Positions 1-4,842 of a stretch of 5,021 bases of DNA are shown piece by piece. The notes under the pieces were generated by a model. That model was not told the origin of the DNA. It saw only the letters and a list, made by a program, of their open reading frames with translations, and made no database searches. Position 1 is the first letter of the stretch. Each line of letters begins with the position of its first letter. Source of the stretch: Candidatus Hermodarchaeota archaeon (GTDB lineage: Archaea > Asgardarchaeota > Heimdallarchaeia > Hodarchaeales > Hodarchaeaceae); assembly GCA_048886185.1 (NCBI GenBank), contig JBHLKY010000065.1, positions 1 through 5,021 on the forward strand. Reading direction: 5' to 3'. Both the position numbers and the translations under genes were made by a program.

Positions 1-115
1 ATTTGAGAAGTTTGAAATTCGAGAGAGGAAAAGAGATTTCTTTATAGAAAAAGTCGTAAATTATTGTAATAAGAGATTAAAAATATGGGTTGAAAAAATG
101 GGAAATTATAACTAA
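1..115 (+). CDS. 3' end of an upstream gene, truncated by the window edge (…FEKFEIRERKRDFFIEKVVNYCNKRLKIWVEKMGNYN*); product unknown
   Basis: Hand translation: frame starting at nt 2 is open for 37 codons to TAA at 113-115. It is purine-rich, with a charged, helical-looking composition like the other + strand genes. Too short to assign a family. Confidence 0.6.
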   Translation, partial: FEKFEIRERKRDFFIEKVVNYCNKRLKIWVEKMGNYN

Positions 116-119
116 CTGT

Positions 120-143
120 ATATACCCCAGTATATCCTTTCTT
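120..143 (+). terminator. Possible weak terminator of the upstream gene
   Basis: ATATAC-CCCA-GTATAT hairpin (120-135) followed by pyrimidine-rich CCTTTCTT, a few nt after the TAA at 113-115. The stem is weak and AT-rich. Confidence 0.2.
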
Positions 144-147
144 AAAC

Positions 148-354
148 CTAATCAACGTCAAATGTCATCGTACACCATGTCAGAAGAGAAAAGGATAAAA
201 AACTCCCTCCACAAACGAAATAACCCTTATTTTGTATAAAGCTGTTTATCCTCGGATTGGGAAAAGATTTCGAGCTTAGATATTGTTTTAAGATCATCTG
301 GTCAAATATTCCATTAATTGGGGATGTACAGCATAAGTTTGGCCTCTCTTTCAT
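148..354 (-). CDS. Doubtful 68-aa hypothetical ORF or gene remnant
   Basis: From the ORF track. The frame is open stop-to-stop from 429 to 148. No clear SD or recognisable domain, and it may be non-coding. Confidence 0.15.
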   Translation of the reverse strand: MKERPNLCCTSPINGIFDQMILKQYLSSKSFPNPRINSFIQNKGYFVCGGSFLSFSLLTWCTMTFDVD

Positions 355-438
355 CTTAAAATGCAGCTTACAAGATCCAAATTTACCGGTATGAATAAAC
401 AGATAAAGCGTTCTATGAGTTAGAACACCTTAAATGAG

Positions 439-454
439 TAGAAAAGTTTAAATA
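439..454 (+). promoter_or_regulatory. Archaeal-type promoter: BRE (purine-rich TAGAAAAG) directly followed by TATA box TTTAAATA
   Basis: TTTAAATA at 447-454 matches the archaeal TTTAWATA consensus and is preceded by GAAAAG (441-446). It lies about 80-120 nt upstream of the candidate SBP starts. The AT-rich background lowers specificity. Confidence 0.5.
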
Positions 455-529
455 ACTGTTTTTATGAAGAGGAAAAGTACCTTTGATTGTTAAAATGTAA
501 ATCAGATTCATAATGAATATTAACTAGAA

Positions 530-2770
530 TTGATGTGGAGAATTATGACATTTTATGAGCTTCGACTTGTGAAAACGATCAATTCCCGCATATACAAGGT
601 TTTTTCACTAATATTATTCATTATTATTCTTCTACTACCTTATCCAATCACATTTTTGAGGCTTGGAGTCAAGTCACATGGAAAAACTGTTGAAATAGAA
701 ACCCAAACCAAGGAAAATCTCCAGATAAACACAAGAAGAACCTTGAATGGGCTTGAAGTAATCACAATCGGATGTTGGAACTATCTAAACGAATCTGTCA
801 ATTATGATCCAATACGAAGTGCAATTAGAGATGTATCATTTAACCAATGGAGAAGGCATTCACTAATATTCGATACATTAGTAGAGTATGATTCCGAAAC
901 GAAGGAAATTATTCCAAGTCTAGCTAGTCAATGGGTAGTCTCCAATGATAGCACATATTGGGTATTCACTCTTAGAAACGATGTATACTTCCATGATGGG
1001 ACAAAATTCAATGCTTCATCAGTTGTATTCTCTTTTGGGAGACATTGGGACCCATCAAATCCCACATATATGCCTGGAGGAAGTGAAGATGAGCGTGGAA
1101 CAATCGAAATCAAGAGTGAATATGAACTTATATTTCGCTTCAAAAAACCCTTTGCATCATTTATTTATAATCATGCAGCAACACATTATATTATTTCCGA
1201 AACAAGCTTTGATTATGCAACTCTAATGACTCCTATTGGAACAGGTCCTTATAAATTAGATCTATCATCAAGTAATTCAAGCTTTCAAAGCTTAACACGA
1301 AATCTCCATTATTTTAAAGGAATCCCTCCTTTTAAAAAGATTTATTATAGAATATATGACCGATTTGACGAATTAGCGACAGCGATTATCACGAGACAGG
1401 TTGATTTCATTCCAGCTTACTATAATATTGAGGAAATGGTGCAAAACCAAAGTTATTGGATGATAACCACCTCAAACAAAACAAATACAGTACTATTTGG
1501 ATGGATAAATCAAAATAATACACAATTGGCAGATTGGAGAGTGAGAACAGCACTAAATTATGCAATAAACCGAAATGCATTAATTACCCTAAGAAAGGGG
1601 TATGCAACAGCGAGTCAGAGTGTTCTACCGCCAAGCTCCCCCTTCTATGATACCGAAACTACAGGATACCCCTACAATATTGCAAATACGACTAGTCTGC
1701 TTGATGAAGCAGGATATATAGTTCAACGGGATGGCTATCGATTTCACCTGAATCTTGGAGGGATAAATGCTATGGGAGGAAGATTAAATCAGATAAAGGC
1801 AGATTTTGAAACGATAGGAGTGGAAACTGACATTATATTATTTACAAACCTAGCTGAGGGATGGTCGAAATGGATAAACGGAGAGATTGACATCCAAATT
1901 CTCGGAGCCTCGTATGCATTAAATCCACAAGTAGAATATCAGCTATTGCATTCAACAGGAAGTCAGAATTTTGGAAAATATCAAAATGAAGAAGTGGATA
2001 AGTTATTAGCTTTAGGAGAAGAAACACCTGTAATCCAGGAAAGAGAGTATTATTACGCAGCATTACAGAAATTAATCCAACGAGATGCCCCATACCTGCT
2101 TTTAATAAATCTTGATACATTTTATGTAACAACAACTCAAATAGATCCATATATTGGCTATTTCAATGAAAGGTTTGTTTTGAATTATGATCCTCAGATC
2201 ATAATACGGAATAAATTATCATTCGCATCAGATAATCAGATCATATTGGATTATTATAAAATGAAAAATGTGGAGATATCTAATAAAGCAATTTATTTCC
2301 CTTTTACTGATGCAGTAGTAGTTCCCACAAGCTCATTAGTCCTAAAAATGAATATGAGTATGTGTCACAACCTCAGCACATTTTTAACTGGTCAGAATGA
2401 AATAGGAAAATTCTTACAGATTAGTAGTGACCAGGAGAATACTGACTATCGGTTACGGTGGTATTACAATTTATGGGAGGTTAAAAGTGAATCACAATCA
2501 CAGTTAGGGATTTGGCAATACAGAGAAGAATCAGAAAGATGGGAGAAGCTAGACACAATCAAGCAAAATTCAACTCTTCAGTATGTAGAAGTAAAAGTAG
2601 AAGGAGGAAAGGCGCTTCTACGATTTGATGCTGACCAAATCATCCAATTATCCTATAAATTAGTACCTTTTTTCCTAGTTGCCTTGGGAGGATTGGTAAG
2701 TTTTGCAATGGTCACGATTATTTACAATATCAAGAAGATTAAAGAAGTTAGAAAGATGTGTGGACTATAA
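530..2770 (+). CDS. Family-5 extracellular solute-binding protein (OppA/DppA/NikA-like, SBP_bac_5) with N-terminal signal/TM, extra C-terminal extracellular domain and C-terminal TM anchor. True start probably GTG 569 (or ATG 533/545) rather than TTG 530.
   Basis: Family-5 motifs are present: FDTLVEYD…IIPSLASQWVVSND…WVFTLRNDVYFHDGTKFNASSVVFSF, PIGTGPYKL, DWRVRTALNYAINR, YPYN…LLDEAGY, NFGKYQNEEVDKLL…EREYYYAALQKLIQRDAP. N-terminal basic + hydrophobic segment (KTINSRIYKVFSLILFIIILLLPYPI) has no lipobox Cys. C-terminal hydrophobic helix LVPFFLVALGGLVSFAMVTIIY is followed by basic KKIKEVRK. Stop TAA at 2768-2770. Confidence 0.93.
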   Translation: MMWRIMTFYELRLVKTINSRIYKVFSLILFIIILLLPYPITFLRLGVKSHGKTVEIETQTKENLQINTRRTLNGLEVITIGCWNYLNESVNYDPIRSAIRDVSFNQWRRHSLIFDTLVEYDSETKEIIPSLASQWVVSNDSTYWVFTLRNDVYFHDGTKFNASSVVFSFGRHWDPSNPTYMPGGSEDERGTIEIKSEYELIFRFKKPFASFIYNHAATHYIISETSFDYATLMTPIGTGPYKLDLSSSNSSFQSLTRNLHYFKGIPPFKKIYYRIYDRFDELATAIITRQVDFIPAYYNIEEMVQNQSYWMITTSNKTNTVLFGWINQNNTQLADWRVRTALNYAINRNALITLRKGYATASQSVLPPSSPFYDTETTGYPYNIANTTSLLDEAGYIVQRDGYRFHLNLGGINAMGGRLNQIKADFETIGVETDIILFTNLAEGWSKWINGEIDIQILGASYALNPQVEYQLLHSTGSQNFGKYQNEEVDKLLALGEETPVIQEREYYYAALQKLIQRDAPYLLLINLDTFYVTTTQIDPYIGYFNERFVLNYDPQIIIRNKLSFASDNQIILDYYKMKNVEISNKAIYFPFTDAVVVPTSSLVLKMNMSMCHNLSTFLTGQNEIGKFLQISSDQENTDYRLRWYYNLWEVKSESQSQLGIWQYREESERWEKLDTIKQNSTLQYVEVKVEGGKALLRFDADQIIQLSYKLVPFFLVALGGLVSFAMVTIIYNIKKIKEVRKMCGL
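2189..2644 (+). other. ~150-aa non-SBP extracellular domain fused after the SBP fold; resembles beta-rich domains of archaeal surface proteins (PGF-pre-PGF-like pattern)
   Basis: The SBP fold ends near residue 553. The following segment has the pattern IGKFLQI…RLRWYY…LGIWQY…ERWEKLDT…QYVEVKV, which I recall from archaeal surface-protein domains. This is pattern recognition only, with no HMM run. Confidence 0.5.
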
Positions 2771-3330
2771 TGGTTCAAGACGAGACACTTCAGGTTGTTA
2801 CAGTAGAAGAACCAGAGAAACAGACATTCAGTACACGAATAGCTCGAAAAGTTAGAAAGACATTTCGAAACCAGTCAAGTTCGACCACTACTGATCCACT
2901 CCTCCAAGGTACAACATTACAGATATATTGGTACCTATTAACCCATTTACAAGGAATGGCTGGAATTAGAGAAATCCAGAAAACATTAGAGCTCTCCTCT
3001 CCAGGAGCCGTGTCTTATCATATAAATAAATTGATCAAAGCTGGAATAGTATCAAAAAATGAGCATACAGAGAAATATTATGTGAAAGAAGAAGTTAAAT
3101 CAGGAGTATTAGGCCTGTACTTCAGATTAGGACATCGTATGGTTCCACGCTTCACTTTTTATCTGATAATATTCATTTTAGCTACCCTCAGCTTCTTAAT
3201 CTTCCTTCTTACACGTGGAGACCCTTATATATTAGATCCCAGTAATTGGGTTTTTCTGTTCGTCCTAATCTTTGGAATAGTAGTCTTCATCTATGAATCA
3301 CTGAAAATATGGAGAATAAAACCCGAATAA
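2770..3330 (+). CDS. Membrane-anchored winged helix-turn-helix (ArsR-like fold) transcriptional regulator with two C-terminal TM helices, 186 aa
   Basis: wHTH core LQGTTLQIYWYLL…GIREIQKTLELSSPGAVSYHINKLIKAGIVSK…YYV (about 2902-3087), then conserved-looking VPRFTFY. TM1 FTFYLIIFILATLSFLIFLL (3151-3210), a 12-aa loop, TM2 WVFLFVLIFGIVVFIYESL (3247-3303), basic tail. ATG 2770-2772 overlaps the upstream TAA 2768-2770 (TAATG), favoured over the GTG at 2758 used by the ORF track. Confidence 0.88.
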   Translation: MVQDETLQVVTVEEPEKQTFSTRIARKVRKTFRNQSSSTTTDPLLQGTTLQIYWYLLTHLQGMAGIREIQKTLELSSPGAVSYHINKLIKAGIVSKNEHTEKYYVKEEVKSGVLGLYFRLGHRMVPRFTFYLIIFILATLSFLIFLLTRGDPYILDPSNWVFLFVLIFGIVVFIYESLKIWRIKPE

Positions 3331-3375
3331 TCCTAAATTAATCTTCAATTGCACAAAGACCAAGAAGGAAAAGAT

Positions 3376-3380
3376 GAGGA
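3376..3380 (+). promoter_or_regulatory. Shine-Dalgarno-like GAGGA for the beta-propeller gene
   Basis: GAGGA at 3376-3380, 6 nt before ATG 3387. Confidence 0.45.
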
Positions 3381-3386
3381 AAAAAT

Positions 3387-4778
3387 ATGGCGAATGGTAA
3401 AACAAATGTAATGCTGGTAAAAAGGAAAAGACTAATTTTTTTTATGATGTGTTTACTAATTGGCCTAATGACACCAAACATGGTAAATAGTGTTCCAACG
3501 AACGAGGAACAGTCACTACAATTGACCTGGTCAAAGACACTTGACAACCCCACTGGATATGGTTTAATTCCACTCCAATTTCTTTATACAACAGGTGACC
3601 CTTTAGTGAATGAGAGCTATTTTATTACTGGTTTGTATATAGTAAACGGAATAGAAATACCCTGTTTTCTGAAAACTGATTTAAACGGTGATCTTGTATG
3701 GAATCAGTCTTTTATACATCCTTCTAAACCTCAAGGACTCTTGAGAAGTCTTGTTCAGACATCTGATGGGGGATTTGCTCTGAGTGGTTGGATAAAATCA
3801 TCGTTAGGAAATGATTATAATACATACGATCTGTGGATTATAAAAACTGATGGAGATGGAGTTGAAGTCTGGAACCGAACATTTAATGGCCAGAAAGACA
3901 GTTTTGATTATGGCAGCCAAATTCTAGAAACTCCAGATGGTGGATTTTTGATTTCAGGTTGTACTGGAGCTGCTGAAAACTGGGAAATTGATTACTGGTT
4001 AATTAAGCTAAACGGAAATGGCACTGAAATATGGAATAAGACCTATCATCGAATTGGTGCCGACCAGGCAACTGCTCTTGTTCCTTTAAGCGGTGGTAAC
4101 TTCCTAATTAGTGGCTTATCAAGTCAATATTCGACCTCAGAGAATCCTCATTCTATTTGGGTTATAAAAATAGATGAAAATGGAACAGTTATCTGGGATA
4201 AAGTATTCAGTAAAGGAACTGAAACGCTCGGTGCTTGGGAAAGAAATTTGGTGGGAACTAACGACGGAGGTTTTATACTAAGCTATTATCAACGAGCTTC
4301 TTTGCATGTGGGAAAAGATTATTTGGTAGTAAAAGTTGACCAAGAGGGAGAGGTTGAATGGGAGAAAACTATTGGTGGAGATGATTACGATACTCCATCT
4401 GCCTGCCTCCAAAATGAAGCTGGAGATTACTACATAGGTGGTTCTTATGACTCTTCTGAAGGTGAGTATGAAACTGGTGACTTCTGTTTAACAAAATTAT
4501 CCAGTTCAGGAGAGATTCTTTGGCAACAAAAACATGGTGATAGAATAGCAGGTGAAACAATTGTGGATATGAGATTTATTAATGGGGTAAACTCAAATGA
4601 TACTATTGGTGTGTGTGGCCAAGTAAACTTCGCTGGGGACTATTCTTCAGCTAAATGTTGGTTAGGTAGATATGAATATGTTAAAGATATAGATAAACAA
4701 AGTAGTTCATCTGGAATAATAGTTCTTTCCTTAGGACTGGGTATCATTACGCTATTTTGCAAAAAAAGACTTTACTAA
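3387..4778 (+). CDS. Secreted, cell-surface-anchored beta-propeller repeat protein (7 repeats of ~54-57 aa) with signal peptide and C-terminal sorting/anchor signal
   Basis: Signal peptide VKRKRLIFFMMCLLIGLMTPNMVNS. Repeat W-x-K/R-T…T-x-DGG-F-x-x-SG…W-x-x-K-x-D-x-x-G, with Trp at residues 48, 105, 162, 216, 270, 325, 379. C-terminus QSSSSG-IIVLSLGLGIITLF-CKKRLY. Stop TAA at 4776-4778. Confidence 0.88.
   Translation: MANGKTNVMLVKRKRLIFFMMCLLIGLMTPNMVNSVPTNEEQSLQLTWSKTLDNPTGYGLIPLQFLYTTGDPLVNESYFITGLYIVNGIEIPCFLKTDLNGDLVWNQSFIHPSKPQGLLRSLVQTSDGGFALSGWIKSSLGNDYNTYDLWIIKTDGDGVEVWNRTFNGQKDSFDYGSQILETPDGGFLISGCTGAAENWEIDYWLIKLNGNGTEIWNKTYHRIGADQATALVPLSGGNFLISGLSSQYSTSENPHSIWVIKIDENGTVIWDKVFSKGTETLGAWERNLVGTNDGGFILSYYQRASLHVGKDYLVVKVDQEGEVEWEKTIGGDDYDTPSACLQNEAGDYYIGGSYDSSEGEYETGDFCLTKLSSSGEILWQQKHGDRIAGETIVDMRFINGVNSNDTIGVCGQVNFAGDYSSAKCWLGRYEYVKDIDKQSSSSGIIVLSLGLGIITLFCKKRLY
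3516..4679 (+). repeat. Seven protein-level tandem repeats (beta-propeller blades)
   Basis: Aligned blade ends: CFLKTDLNGDLVWNQSF / LWIIKTDGDGVEVWNRTF / YWLIKLNGNGTEIWNKTY / IWVIKIDENGTVIWDKVF / YLVVKVDQEGEVEWEKTI / FCLTKLSSSGEILWQQKH. Mid-blade motifs: QTSDGGF, ETPDGGF, PLSGGNF, GTNDGGF, QNEAGDY. The first and last repeats are degenerate. Confidence 0.85.
4698..4778 (+). other. CTERM-like C-terminal sorting signal (Ser-rich motif + short hydrophobic helix + basic cluster)
   Basis: SSSSG, then 14 hydrophobic residues, then CKKRLY*. The tripartite layout matches PGF-CTERM-type signals, but the PGF motif itself is absent. Confidence 0.55.
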
Positions 4779-4796
4779 AATTATTAGCGTAAAGGA

Positions 4797-4804
4797 AAAA
4801 AAAA
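4797..4804 (-). terminator. T8 tract on the minus strand; possible archaeal oligo(U) terminator for a convergent gene
   Basis: A8 run on + at 4797-4804, about 40 nt beyond the stop (4843) of the hydrophobic minus-strand frame. Confidence 0.3.
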
Positions 4805-4842
4805 GCACTTAGAGCATTTGACTAATTAATAATCCAAGAAAT

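Noticed and set aside
928-1143. 71-aa minus-strand ORF
   Set aside because: Antisense shadow inside the strongly supported SBP gene; no motif.
945-1226. 93-aa alternative-frame + ORF
   Set aside because: Fully nested in the SBP's most conserved region; composition not protein-like.
1842-2150. 102-aa minus-strand ORF
   Set aside because: Antisense shadow of the SBP; its Leu richness is expected from the complement of the purine-rich sense strand.
2758-2769. GTG start at 2758 for the regulator (MWTI extension)
   Set aside because: ATG at 2770 overlapping the upstream stop is the more usual coupling arrangement; it cannot be proven without data.
2750-2770. SBP C-terminus RKMCGL as a eukaryote-like CaaX prenylation signal
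   Set aside because: Cys is third from the end rather than fourth, so it is not a CaaX box.
530-2770. Assigning oppA/dppA/nikA as gene symbol
   Set aside because: Family membership is clear but specificity residues diverge and no cognate transporter genes are visible.
3374-3400. 8-codon uORF (MRKKYGEW*) overlapping the propeller start
   Set aside because: The ATG is part of the SD-containing sequence, has no SD of its own, and is expected by chance.
3338-3553. 71-aa hydrophobic minus-strand ORF
   Set aside because: Overlaps the 5' end and SD of the propeller gene; hydrophobicity arises from the complement of A/G-rich sequence.
4369-4560. 63-aa His-rich minus-strand ORF
   Set aside because: Antisense to propeller blades 6-7; the His codons mirror GTG/ATG triplets of the sense strand.
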